DNA of 64,000 nucleotides. Source: Octopus vulgaris. Lineage: Eukaryota. The stretch is taken from positions 108,066,001 through 108,130,000 of the forward strand of contig OX597820.1 of the NCBI GenBank assembly GCA_951406725.2, given 5' to 3'. Below the pieces are notes generated by a model. That model was not told the origin of the DNA and searched no databases. It worked only from the letters and a program-made list of their open reading frames with translations. Shown piece after piece: positions 39,501 through 52,030 of the stretch. The translations under genes and the position numbers were made by a program. The first letter of the stretch is position 1, and each line of letters starts with the position of its first letter.

Positions 39501-39631
39501 GGTAGGACTTGATTATCTGTCCATCTTGGATTCGTAAACCCTTCTCTCCCATTTGTTTCCTCATCTTTAGTTCGGATATCAGGTTTCTCCGGCGAATTCT
39601 CTCTCTTAGTGAGTATTCCTCGCGAAAACCC
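36508..39631 (-). mobile_element. CR1-group LINE, 5' truncated in ORF1, with near-intact ORF2 (APE plus RT)
   Basis: APE motifs YTNSCSL, IAITETWL, RRGGGVAVYV and LGDFN. RT motifs YRPVSLTS, QHGF, LDFAKAFDSV, GMPQGSVLGP and FVDD. C-terminal LRGH. Two frameshifts (about 38820 and 37250). (TAAC)n tail at 36508-36527. Confidence 0.95.
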
Positions 39632-39951
39632 ATATTGGGGTCCTAATAAATCATTTTGTTTATAAGGAATTTTACATATATCTGTATCAACTATTATGTT
39701 CTTATATTCAACCAGCATGGATTAAAAGATAATAATTCTGTTTATGATGATTATATTATAGAATGTAAGATATTGTAGACAACTACCCCATCTGTAATGA
39801 TTGAAGTCCTAATTTTGGTACAGGTGTCTCATTTTGAAGATTGTTTTTCTAATCAGTTTTGCATGAACATACAAAGTAAATGTTGTAAGTAAATGTTCTC
39901 CATTAAAAAAAGAGTAATATAATTAAATATAATTAATGTTGTATTTTGAAG

Positions 39952-40048
39952 ATTCAACTTAGTAAATCAAATGAACAATTGGAAGCCGAGAAGAAGGAGT
40001 TGGCCATACTACTAGAAAAGAGATCAAAAGAAGTTGATCGTCTAAATG
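39952..40048 (+). CDS. TPR: TPR coding exon 4
   Basis: aag|ATT...G|gtaagc. Translates IQLSKSNEQLEAEKKELAILLEKRSKEVDRLN (compare TPR ELEAEKRDL). Confidence 0.9.
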
Positions 40049-41226
40049 GTAAGCTTCAATATATTGTATTCATACATAAGATAAATGACAGATGACAGTA
40101 TTTTTGCAGCTACAATAAGTAAAACAAACAAAGAAGAAATCCTATCTTTTATTGCTCTTCTTACTATTTAGAATAGAATCTATTTTCTTTTTTTCAGTCA
40201 GGTAAACCTGTAGCTTAGCTTATAGAGTTGTGTGTCATGCTCAGGAGTAAATACAATGGCTTTGAACTTGTGACCATGTAGTTAGCAGTTTAGGGCTTAA
40301 CACTTTTCCCCTACAACCATTATATTTCTTACAACATTTCATATCTGCTAAACAGTCCATTAACTCTGGGGCTGTATATTTGCTCCAGCTTTATGTTGTG
40401 GACTAAATGAGAAATATATTTTCTTCTCTTAGAGTCTTCAGGATGTAAGATTTAGTGCTGATAAATTGAGGGAAAAAATTGTATTTGCCTAATGAGTAAG
40501 CTTTTTCTTGAAACTTATTAATTCCAAACTTTTCTCACATCCTAATAAAACTCTTCAATACAAAAACACTTTCCCAACACTTCATGGCAAACATTCTGTC
40601 TAATCATTACTCTTCTGATCCTTATTAGTCTTGAAGTACTTTGTTCTATTTCCAGAAATTTAGATTACAATAACTTTATCCAATTATATAAACTCCCAAA
40701 ACTCTTCAGTCATAAGAGCCTCCAAAAGACCACGACTAACTGAGCAATTTTTTTCATGATTATTGCAGTCATATTGCTTAAATGTATGAAATATTAAAAG
40801 TCAGTTTGAATCTTGCTTGCTTGCTTACAATGTTACCCAACCAAACTGGTGCACAAAGGGAAAATGTTATGAATTAAGATTACCCTGAAATGTTAATACA
40901 AGCGGAATAAAACAAGTTTTGTGTAAATCGTACAAGTGGTTTTTGAGATATTAGAGGTTTATGGGGTATAAATATCCAAAATGGCACATAATGGGAAAAT
41001 ATTCCGAAAATAATCTTAATCCTGAAAGTGAAGAAACTCTTATCTTTTGATAAGACAAAGTGACTTAATAACGAAAAATATGATTCGTTTTTTACTGATA
41101 AATGTTTCTATTTTCACTTTTGTTAAACACATTATTTTAATCATATAGAAATATTTTTAAGTGAATGTAATTTCAAAAATGTATGTTGTTTGTACAGTAA
41201 GTATTTATATTTCGATGTTTTTTTAA

Positions 41227-42651
41227 CCCTTTCGTTACTAACCTGGCTGAAAAATTTTTTGGTTCGTAATACCAACCCGGCCATAGCCAGCCGAGAGAAC
41301 CTATTGTTATTTAAATGTAAATTTGAACCCAAATCTCATTGGCACATTCGTTAAAACATGTGATTTCACTTTGTAAATAGTTGGGTTATAGTATCCGACA
41401 TTGCTTGACGTGATATCTCAACTCAGTGAATTTTGGGAGATTTTTTTTCCACATTTTTTTGGCATCGATTTTTCTTCAACTTTGAAAATGGATAGGAGTT
41501 TCATGTTATGAAGCATTGATTCCGAATTTAAAGCTTTTTCAACGGAAAATAGGGAGATATCGAGAAAAAGAATGAATGAGGTACAAAAGCACATGGTGTA
41601 CAATAATGAATAGGATATTTTTTTATCCGTTAACCGAAAGCAGCGATTCCGAAGAAACAAAGCAGCGATAGTGACAGCAAAGACGATTTTACATCAGAAT
41701 GAAGTAAAAACTCTAAAAATGTTTTTATTAGCAATTTTTCTGAGGAGATAGAGTTTATCTATAGTCTTTCTTAGGAAGCGAAACCATTAGACTTTATTTG
41801 TTTCAGTATGCTTGTTTGGAGTGATCACTGTGGAAGCAAACTGTTTCTCAGATTGTAAACAAACACAAAATGGGGGATCAAAGTTTGGAAAATTTGTAAA
41901 GCAAATACTGGGTACTGTTGTAGATTTAGTTTTTATACAGGGAAACTAATGTTAGTCAGCATGGCTTAGGGTGCGATGTGGTCTGGAAGTTATTGTTTGA
42001 AGCGATCAATGCGGAAACAAATTTACGCAGATTGTAAACAAACACAAAATGAGGGATCAAAGTTTGGAAAATTTGTGAAGCAAATACTGGGTACTGCATG
42101 GATTTAGTTTTTATACAGTGAAAATAATGTTAGTCAGCATGGCCTAGGGAACGATGTGGTCTGGAATTTATCACTTCCATACCATAACCAGGGCCGTATA
42201 TTATTTTTTGACTGATTTCTTTAGTTCGGTCAAACTTGCGGTGGATTCCAGTATTTCAGTTTATTCCACCTCTATGGTACACCTGTTGTGCATTAAATCC
42301 AACTGATGATTTAGTGATGTGCACAATTCTTCTTTATCAAAATTTTGTTGCATACCCATTTGAATATTAGCTGATGATTCATTTTCTATGGTGATATTTA
42401 AACAAAATTTTAATATTTTTACCTTTTGCTCAGTTTACCTGGATTTACCTGTAATTAAAGTCACTTTGAGACAAAAGTTATGCAATAGAATTAAGAACCC
42501 TTTCTTTAATTATGTTCCAAATATCACATTAATATGTTAAGTAAAAAAGTTACAGTTATTTAATGAAACAAGCCTAAATTCATGATTATTTTAGAATTTA
42601 ATTGAAACTCATGAGGGGTGTATTTTGGTCAGAAATATAGTAACGAAAGGG
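41227..42651. mobile_element. piggyBac-type non-autonomous element (1.4 kb)
   Basis: TTAA-ccctttcgttacta...tagtaacgaaaggg-TTAA: perfect 14-bp TIR plus TTAA TSD. Internal direct repeat at about 41848 and 42028. Confidence 0.9.
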
Positions 42652-43278
42652 TTAAATTATTTTCAAGTGAATACCATTACAAAAATTTTTTTTGGCATAT
42701 TTGAAAATAACTTTAAAAATACAGTAAATATTTTGTTTGCCATAGGTTTTTTTAGAGTGCATTCAACATCTCACCTCCAAAGATTTGGCTGCTATTTCTA
42801 GCATGCCTTGCTACCACGTAACAGCTATATGCGATAAAGGACCCGAAATATGTTACACGGTTGCAGGGTATGCAAGAAATAGCAGCCAAATCTTTCCTTT
42901 CCTGGGGAAAGGAGCCGTTAACATGTGATTTTGATGTCACATTTGTTGAAAGCATGCGAAATAACCTGGAAAGAAAACCCCCACAAAACAAAACTCCATT
43001 GCTGGGAAATTCAGAGTCTCTCTGTGACCCAACAAGTCATGGGTAATCTTGTATTGCTTAAATGTTCATCTGTTTAATGCCATCAGCCAGTTGTTAATGA
43101 AAAGGCTTTATCCCACAGTGATCTCAATAAACAGCTTCCACTGCAAAGTTTATTTCTTTGCAAAGTGAAATGTTTGTGGACCATTCAAGGAATGTGTATG
43201 CTTATGAGAAAATTGCATTTAAATTTCTCTTTAGAAATTGTAATTATTTTAAACATAAAAACCTGTGTTATATTTCAG

Positions 43279-43382
43279 AGGAGTGTAAAGAATTATCAGA
43301 GAAATTCTCTGAAGCTAATCGAGGTAAATCAGAAGCTCTTGCAAAAGTTGAAGAATTCCACAGTAATGACATTATTGCTAAG
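43279..43382 (+). CDS. TPR: TPR coding exon 5
   Basis: tttcag|AG...AAG|gtgaac. Translates (E)ECKELSEKFSEANRGKSEALAKVEEFHSNDIIAK. Confidence 0.9.
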
Positions 43383-44719
43383 GTGAACTAACTTTTCTGT
43401 CTTTTTGTGCTCCCCCCCCCCACACCTTTTTATTTCTTTAACATCATATTAATTAAAAAATTTACTGAGTTCTCCAGTTCCTTTCAAAAAAGTCCCTCAA
43501 ATTGTTATCAGTTCTTGGTAAGCTAGCTTTGATTCCCATTTGCAGTCACTTTACTGTACTAAGTTTCAGGAAAGCATATAAGAGTAACTTTTTTCTCTAT
43601 TAATCTGAGAAATAAATATTCTGTGTATAAACTGAAGCACGAGATATTCTTATTTCACCAATAGCTAGGTTTTATGATATTTAAATTGACTTTAGCTTTT
43701 CTTTGAAAGATGTTGGAAGTATAAAGATTTGAATAACACCTACATTTAACTCCATTTATTTATTTTTATGTTATACAAAAATATTTCACTAAACCCTGAA
43801 ATTTCTACCTTTATAAGTGGGCTGTTACATCCTTGGTACTTATGTGAATTTTTGCTACCCCGGTAATTATTTATTTTTTCCGTGTTATCATGAAATATTT
43901 TCTCTGACAGGCATCTTCTCTCCAGCCTCACTTTCCTTTTCAAATGACAAGCGAAATATCTTTGTAGACTGACGCCAGAGGTGAAGCTGTCTGTCATTAC
44001 TCCTTCCATTCTCATCTTCCATACCACTTCTTATGTGATTGCAACTACTATGAAGAAACATTTCTTACCTTCTTTCGTCAGGAAACATGATGGGTGAATT
44101 TTTAAAATTGACTTCGGTCGATAGCTGTTCTCTTCCTGTATCAGACAACATGTGTTCCGCATAAGTCCACACTCCCGACATCTCTGAGCACTAAACAATA
44201 GCGTGCAGGCCAGTTACTCTTTCCTGCTCACATCTTGGACAGATCAGTGTGTTGCATTGATTGTGTCTTGTGAGCTTATCCCAAACGGGCAAGTCTCCTC
44301 AGTAACATTGCCAGGTCAAAGACTTGGAAATGATCCAGTGTCTTCTGCCCAAATGTATGTTGGAACAGACTGTCTAGTTGATTTTCCTCAAGACCCAGGG
44401 TCACTCCCAGGGTATTGTCACATCCATCCTCTCCCAAACCACTATAGAAAGATGCGGTTGAACCACCACCACTGGCATTGCCCAAGCAACGGAATAGCAG
44501 GAGTACCATGCGACACTCTGTACCCAATTTAGATCTTTGATAGCACCAGGCTTCCCGTCCACCGAAACTAGTGAATGTGGGAAACATCCGTCTCACTAGC
44601 AGTGACCACACCCATTCACCATCCAGGAAGAGCCAAAGATCTCAACCTCAGCACATGTTTGTGCATCAACTTCCAGGGCATCCCTAGTCTCCCCTTTAAC
44701 GGTTTTTGACAGCAGATAG

Positions 44720-44970
44720 AACATTATTTACATAATTTACATTTGACAGATATTTGTCCTCATCTTGTTCGTTGTTAACACAACGTTTCAGCTGATATAC
44801 CTTCCAGCCTTCATCAGGCGTCTTGGGGAAATTTCAAACCTGAGTTCTCATTCCTTAGGTATTTTTCGATGTTATTGTTATTATTACTATTATTATTATT
44901 ATTCAGGTCACTGCCTGGAATCAAACTTGGAATCTTGGTGTTAGTAGCTTGTGTTCTTAACCATTACATC
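44720..44970 (-). repeat. Short repeat carrying a minimal hammerhead-like motif, inserted in the Tx1-like LINE
   Basis: Interrupts the LINE-coding sequence; motif at 44777-44822 (-). Confidence 0.6.
44777..44822 (-). ncRNA. Minimal type I hammerhead ribozyme-like motif
   Basis: Minus strand: gacgc CTGATGA a ggctgg-aaggtata-tcagct GAAAC GTT gtgtt; helix III is the palindrome AACGTT. Confidence 0.6.
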
Positions 44971-47306
44971 TCACAAGTGGTTTTGAGCCCTTCCACAAAA
45001 AGTGAAAGAGCTGTCTTTCCAACTTGGTCAACCACGAATCTGGGCAAGGAATGATGGTTAGGCGGTAAGTGATGACCGATGCGATGAATACATTGGCGAC
45101 TTGTGGTCTACCCTGCTTGAAACCTCAGCCCAGTTCTTTTCTACCTGGAGATCTGGGCCAACCAGACTCCTAGCAACTTAACTGGGCCCTCTGTCCAACG
45201 TCCCATGACGCTGTCTGGAGGCATCGACTTGCCCCTCTGGGTGTTGAGTTGCAAGGCGACTGAATTATCCTCATTAATCTTTGCACCTGCCACTGTCTTG
45301 TAAACCTCAATGGCCTTGCCTACCCTCTGTAGGTGTTCCATTTTGGTCACGTCGATGGTGATGTTATCTGCATAAGCTGAAACTGACTCTCCACTGCCTG
45401 GCCCTCTTGGGATGCCACTCAACTTTCGCAGTAACGGCTCAAGAACCATCACATACAAAAGTGGTGAGAGTGGACATCCTTGGCGAACCGAGCGTTTAAT
45501 TCAGAACAGTTTTGACAGAAAACTGTTTACCCGAACGATTTAGTTGATGTTATTGTACAATTGAATTATGCCAAGACCTAGGCCGAACTGTGCAAGAACA
45601 GACACCAGGTAATCATGGTCAACCCTATTGAAAGACTTAGCTTGGTCTAAATGGACCACTGCCCCACCCTTGCCAGAATTACTCTCAAACCCCTCTAAGG
45701 TGTAGCATAGAAGATGGAGATTGTCCTGAATTCTTCTGCTGGGAATGGCACATTTCTGTGCCTCCCTGATCAGAACATTCGCGACATGTGCCAATCTTCT
45801 TGCTAGCACCTTGGCCAAAATCTTTAACTCTGTGTGTACCAGAGTGATGGGCTGGAAATTATCTATACAATCCCCCTTGTCTGGATCCTTTCTGATCAGT
45901 GTCACCACTCCCCGGTGTACAGATTTGGGAATTAACCCATTCTGTTGCCAGTTCGTGTACACACTGGCCAGCAGGTGCCTGAACAAGTTTGGCATACTCT
46001 TATACAATTTGTAGGGCAGACCATCCAGTCCCGGTGATTTTCCTACACCACAGTCTGCTATAGTCTCAGTTACCTCCGCAGGTGTGATCGGCCCTTCAGA
46101 AGACTGTATCCCGCCCCGAACGGCGTATCAACCTGGCGAGGAAGTCTGTTATGTCCCTCTTATTATCCAGTCCAAAAAGCTGGGTGAAGTGCTCCTGAAA
46201 GGCCTCACACATCTCCTTAGGTTCATTTATCAAAGATCGAACTGTGGAATCATTTCCATGTTGGGCTTCCACCACTCGGACTCATCTAGTGGCCTTGATT
46301 TCCTTGCAACCCACTGCATGTAGTCTAAACTTGACAATGTACCCCATGTGCTTGGTTTAGTTTCAGTCTCTTCGCCTTTGCCTGGGTTGCACTGCCAGTC
46401 CTCATGGCTTCCTCTAAAGCCTTAACTAAACCCTGTCCCTGCCTACGTTCACTAGCCACTAAGCCTATGCTATATCTAATAGATTTGAATTTAATGGCTC
46501 TTTTGAGGGCATACCACCATTTGTTATTAATGATGGCTCTTGTTAATGCCCTCTGTATTAACAACTTAATCCCCTTTCTGTACTCCTCAATCACCAGAAG
46601 GACGTAGCCAGATCCTTGACTATATACCTTATCTAGGTTCAACTCACAAGTGACCGTCTTATGATCACTAGCTTACTGGATAAAACTGTGGACACTTAGC
46701 TATGTTCTTATCTGCTTTCCTAATTAAAATCTTATCTATGTACGACCTCGAAGACCCATTGCCACTTGACCATGTCCGCAATGGAGTGTTCAGGTGTTCC
46801 ATCCTATATGGATCTGCTAGCTGAAAATGACTTAGCAGTTCCTGGAAGCCAATATAGCTGGAACTTTTGTCTTGGGAAATGATGTATTGTGTCAAGAAAC
46901 ACAATATACTTACATTGCTTGGTGAAATGAAATTGCTCTGAAAGTGTTGATGAGAGCAACAGATGCACATTTCACTGCTTTTCAATGTCATGAATTTGTG
47001 TCCCTTCCAAATCAGCCAGTCTAGAGTATATAGAAGCAAAGATACTGGTTTGTAGTAATGCTGCTTAAGCTGAATAAAATTGGAATTGTGTAATAGAACT
47101 GACTCTGTGTGTATGTGTATATACTTATAATTAAAGATGTGTTAAAGAATTTTCCTTGTCATTTTGTTGGTGTATGTATATATATATATAATTCATATAT
47201 GCACATAGACTCACAAATATGAATATACATTGAAAATACCTCTCTTGTTTTGTTGGTTTTTTATACTTTAATTTATTCTTTTGCCTTATTTTCTTTATAT
47301 TCTTAG

Positions 47307-47420
47307 TACCAAAAAGAAAGATTTTCTGAAGAGATTAAGCAACTGAAAGGACAAGTTGACTATCTTAATAGTGAACTGGAGAAGAAAATCACAGACCAGC
47401 AGAATATTGTTAAAGATAAG
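47307..47420 (+). CDS. TPR: TPR coding exon 6
   Basis: cttag|TAC...AAG|gtattg. Translates YQKERFSEEIKQLKGQVDYLNSELEKKITDQQNIVKDK. Confidence 0.88.
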
Positions 47421-47719
47421 GTATTGCTCTATATTTTATGATGATGATGATGAGGCTGTATTTTAACCATTTTGATATCAACCCATCTAAGACTGCACTT
47501 GGCACTATGCTACAAACTTTTTGTTTTAAACTGTTCTAAATTAAAACTTCACATTAAAAATTTACTCATAACTTTATCCTATTTATTCTGAAAGGATGAA
47601 TAGCAAAGTTTTCTTGGGTGGTATTTCAACTCAAAATGTGGAGTTGAAAGAAATGCCCTTAAGCATTTTGCCTGTAACTCTAACAATTCTGCCAATTCCC
47701 CACCTTAATATAATAATAA

Positions 47720-47900
47720 TTTCAAATTTTGTCACAAGGGCAAACATTTTGGGTGAGGGTAAGTCGATTATATAGACCCCAGTGTTTCACTGGTACTAAA
47801 TTTATTGACCCTGAAAGGATGAAAGGCAAAGTCAACCTTGGCGGAATTTGAACTCGGAACATAAAGACAGGTGAAAGACTGCCAACTTGCCACCTTAATA
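47720..47900 (-). mobile_element. SINE-like repeat fragment
   Basis: Reverse complement of about 49910-50010 (ggtcaactttgcctttcatcc...taagtaccagt...cactggggtc). Confidence 0.65.
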
Positions 47901-48891
47901 ATAACAATAACAACAAGAATAATAATAATGACTAGTTGGACCTGTGAAAAATTCACAATGAAAATTTTAGAAAAATAAAGAACAAATAAGTGGAAATTTT
48001 ACTAGTGAGTCTGTTACACAACAGAATATGCTTCAACACACAAACTCACATAAAGAATCTTGCAAACCAAATCCAAAAATGAAATAAAAAATGTAAGCAT
48101 CTGTAAATTGTGTGCTGGTGCCATGAGAAATGTTTCTATGTTGTGACAGTTACAGAATATAGAAAGAAGTGTAAAACTGATAACTATAAAATCTTTGGCC
48201 TTGAAATAAATTGTACATATTCAAAGAACCTTCTTGGTTTCATGGTATGGAATGTTCTTCCAGTATTCTTTTATCCTTTTACTTGTTTCAGTCATGTGTG
48301 AAGCTGAATCTCCCTGAGAACTACCTTATGGTATGCATGTGTGGAGTACTCAGCCACTTGTGCATTAATTTTACAAGCAGATTGTTCCGTTGATCAGATA
48401 AATAGGAACCAATGGAGTGCCATTTTTTAAAAAGAGTGAAAGAAAAGGAAATGTTCCATATTGTAAGGCACAGTGAAAGCTAAGATGAAATAATTGCTAT
48501 TCCGTTGTGTATTCGCCCTCGACCCCTGCTCAGTTTGATAACAGCCTGAGCATCAGTGTTTATATGGGAGCTTGGCCTCTAGATCTGTGAGACCCACAAA
48601 TGCTGCTGTTAAGACTGGATTAACACCCATAGTGACCCTAACGACTAAAAAGATTTTCCTGCCCCTATATAGGATCTTTTTTTGTTTTCTTTCAACCACT
48701 TGAAGGTTTATCTCGCTCTCTTTCTCCCTCATTCACTTTCTCTCTTACTTCCTCTGTCCTCCACTCTTGCTTTGCCACTCACTTCTTCCTTTGAAGTAAA
48801 TGTGACACACACCACAGGTATGTACAAAAAGAACAAGTTGGCATAATATTATTGATAATGTCTGTATTTCATTTTCTTTTTTTATTTGCAG

Positions 48892-48942
48892 ACTGCCCAG
48901 TTGCTCAAAGTTCAATCTGAGCTTGATATGAAAACTGATGAG
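48892..48942 (+). CDS. TPR: TPR coding exon 7
   Basis: Long pyrimidine tract, tgcag|ACT...GAG|gtagat. Translates TAQLLKVQSELDMKTDE. Confidence 0.85.
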
Positions 48943-49550
48943 GTAGATATTACTATTTGAGTACCACTATATGTTTTTTGAATTATTGAAATTAATAAAG
49001 GGTTTTTTTGTGAGAGTGAAGGGCAGATTGTGTAGTTCTTCAGTACTAAATGTAGTATAATGCAAGGTTTGAATATCAAGGATTTGTGAAGGCTGAAAAA
49101 GAAAAAGTGATCCAGGCTCTGATGGATGTGTAATGTCAGTATATATGAATAATGGAGTATAAATGAGAGAAAAGCTGGGTTGAAGAGAATTTACATGTAG
49201 TGATGAAAAGAGAAGATGGAATTGGTATGTGATGAGTATGGAGGATGATAACCAAATAAAGAAGTTTGGGAGATTTGTAAAGACTGGCCTCAGGATGCTA
49301 AGCTCCAAAGAGGAGATGACAAAAAGCTAAGATTATATAAGCCTGTACACACACAGACACATGTGCATGTGTGCAGATAGATATGTATGAATAGAGATAG
49401 CTATACTGAATGTGTGCATATAAAATCCTTTCTTAATTTCTGTTAATAATTTATAATCAAAAATGGAAGTATTTATGTATTTGATAGTTGAAAGCATTTA
49501 TCTGTTGCAGGCACATGTGTCTAAAATTATTTTCTTATTTCTTGTGAAAG

Positions 49551-49643
49551 GCAATGTTATTGAAAGAAAATATTGAATCACTGAAGAATGTAAACAATGA
49601 ACAGAGAAAAAAGATCGAAGAGTTTAATGAAAAACTCAAAGAT
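49551..49643 (+). CDS. TPR: TPR coding exon 8
   Basis: aag|GCA...GAT|gtaagt. Translates AMLLKENIESLKNVNNEQRKKIEEFNEKLKD. Confidence 0.85.
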
Positions 49644-49719
49644 GTAAGTTTTATTCCATAACATTTGAATATCTTCCTACTGTTTATTATATTGCATGAA
49701 TAGAAATATCTTTATTAAA

Positions 49720-50260
49720 TGCCGGTTTGGCTGTGTGACTATAAGTTCAATCCCACTGTGTGGCACCTGTGACAAGCATCTTATTATAGTCTTAGGCCAA
49801 ACAAAACCTTGTGAATGGATTTGGTTGACAGAAACTGAAAGGCAGCGAGCTGGCAGAAATATTAGCATGCCGGGTGAAATGCTTAGTGGTATTTCATCTG
49901 CCGCTATGTTCTGAGTTTAAATTCCGCAGAGGTCAACTTTGCCTTTCATCCTTTTGGAGTCGATAAATTAAGTACCAGTTACGCACTGGGGTCGATATAA
50001 TCGACTTAATCCGTTTGTTTGTCCCCTCTGTGTGTAGCCCCTTGTGGGCTGTAAAGAAATCATATATGTACGCATGTTTGTATTGCCTTGCCTTGACAGG
50101 ATAGTTATAAGCAAGTGTTACCATAATATAAACAGTCTTTTGTTTCGTCTTCCATGGGAACATTTCTGGCTATGAGGAAATATTAACTTCCTTGGAAACA
50201 GATGAGGGTTAGTAACTAGAAGGGCATCCAGCTATAGAAATCCTGCCTCAAAAATTTCAT
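49720..50260 (+). mobile_element. Composite of nested SINE fragments
   Basis: SINE head (gttcaatcccactgtgtggc...ccttgtgaatggatttgg), a second repeat, then gaagggcatccagct of the RTE-like tail. Confidence 0.65.
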
Positions 50261-50668
50261 CTTCAAAGAAGCATTGTAATATTAAGTGCTGGCTCTAATT
50301 TCTATACAAAATCTGTACAGATAACTTCAGAAAGCAAATCAATTTATATCAAGCTTCCCATGGTAATATCTCTATGCATTTTATCTGAATAGTTTCTCAT
50401 AGTTATATCTGCATTGTTTGAACAGTTTTCCAATGTTCCTCATGAAAACTATTATTTAATTTTGGAATTATTGCTCATGTAATATGTTAGTTATTTGTCT
50501 GTATGCGGTGGGAACTACATTTGCCAATTATATGTCTGTCTTTGGGAGGTTAAAGCAGATATCTTAGTTACTTGTGGTCTGTGGAAGGTTTGAAAGACTA
50601 GTGAGACAATTTGTATTAAGTTAGTTTTGCTTAGACTATTTTGTTTAAATGTTATTTCCTGTTTGAAG

Positions 50669-50749
50669 GCTCGTGATGATCAAATCAAAGCAGAATTCCA
50701 GTTTCAGCAAGAATTACAATCACAAACAAAGTTAGTAAATCTGTACAAG
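50669..50749 (+). CDS. TPR: TPR coding exon 9
   Basis: aag|GCT...AAG|gtgaga. Translates ARDDQIKAEFQFQQELQSQTKLVNLYK (compare TPR FHNELNAHIKLSNLYK). Confidence 0.92.
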
Positions 50750-51819
50750 GTGAGAAATTTTACATTTTCCTTTGTTTTATTTTTTCCAGTAATAGTATTT
50801 TGATACCATTTGTGTACAAGTGTAAACTAGATGAATTTTCAACATTCTTTATGTTGCATATGCACATCAGTGCATGTATTTTTCTATCATGACTTGCATA
50901 AAAAAAAGAGAAAGAACGTGGCATGTCTCTTTGTTTGAATCCTACATGAGAGCTGACATTCCCAAATCTCATATGATGACTTCTTTCTAGGCCTATTTGA
51001 ACATAAACATCTTATCCCTATCAAATCCTGAATCTTACTTGTGCATTTGGATTATGAGTCTACACCAATACAGAAACTTCTCTTACATGTGTCTACTCAT
51101 AAATGTCTCCATCTCAATCATGCTCTTGTTTTGTTGTAAGTTACCATTGCATTCATTTCTCTGCACTCAGCATACATCTGCATTTCACTGTGTATATTAT
51201 TGCACTTCTTATACAATCTTCTTTTCAATGTTATCAATCTCTGAACTTCATCAAAACTTGGTGAATCCAAACCAACAGAGTTATTAACTCTACTTCAACA
51301 CAAATCAAGTGGCAGAATTTATCCACTTCTTGCGCCATGCTGACTAATCTTTGTATTTGGTGCTCAGGTTTCTTTTTTATTTATTTTTCCAAAATTTTAT
51401 ATTTTCCTCTTTCCAATATATGCACAGACATGACTGGGTGGTTCAGAAATTTTCTTTGCAGTCATGAAGCCCTGAGGTCAGTTCCACTTTATGGCATTGT
51501 GGGCCTTGTATTAACTCTTACTTTGGATGCCCATTGGATGAACTGTACCCTGTCCCACTAATTTTACTATTAAGGCTGTATAAGTCTATGGAATACTCAG
51601 CCATTTACACTATAAATCAATGACTAGGTGGTTCAGTGATCAAACAATTTGAATACTTTTCGTTGAAACCAATGGGAGAGCCAGGTACTGTGTGTGTGCA
51701 CGCGTACACACACATACACTCATAGTATTCAGGGAGAACATGACAGTCACTCTCATTATTGCTTTGACATCTGATTCAGTTCATGGGTTTGCATTTCAAA
51801 CCCAACTACAAAAAAAAGG

Positions 51820-52030
51820 AGCATCCAGTCCACACTGTAAAGTGGTTGGCATTTGGAAGGGCATCCAGCTGTAAAAACCTTGCCAAAACTAACCTCACCT
51901 GTGCTTGTTCCACGGAAGGGTATCAAGCTGTAAAAACCCTGCTAAAACAGTCACAGAAGTCTGGTGCAGGCTTCTGCTTGACTGGCTCCTGTCAAACCGT
52001 CCCACCCATGCCAGCATGGAAGATGGGCAC
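51820..52030 (+). mobile_element. RTE-like 3' terminal fragment
   Basis: gtggttggcatttggaagggcatccagctgta...cccatgccagcatggaa. Confidence 0.65.

Larger units (their letters stand above)
43900..46880 (-). mobile_element. Tx1/L1-clade LINE remnant (APE end, RT, C-terminal region)
   Basis: SRSYIDKILI, KSPGLDGLPY, FQPITLVHTELKILAKVLARRL, LDQAKSFNRVDH, VRQGCPLSPLLYV and SAYADNI. Confidence 0.88.
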
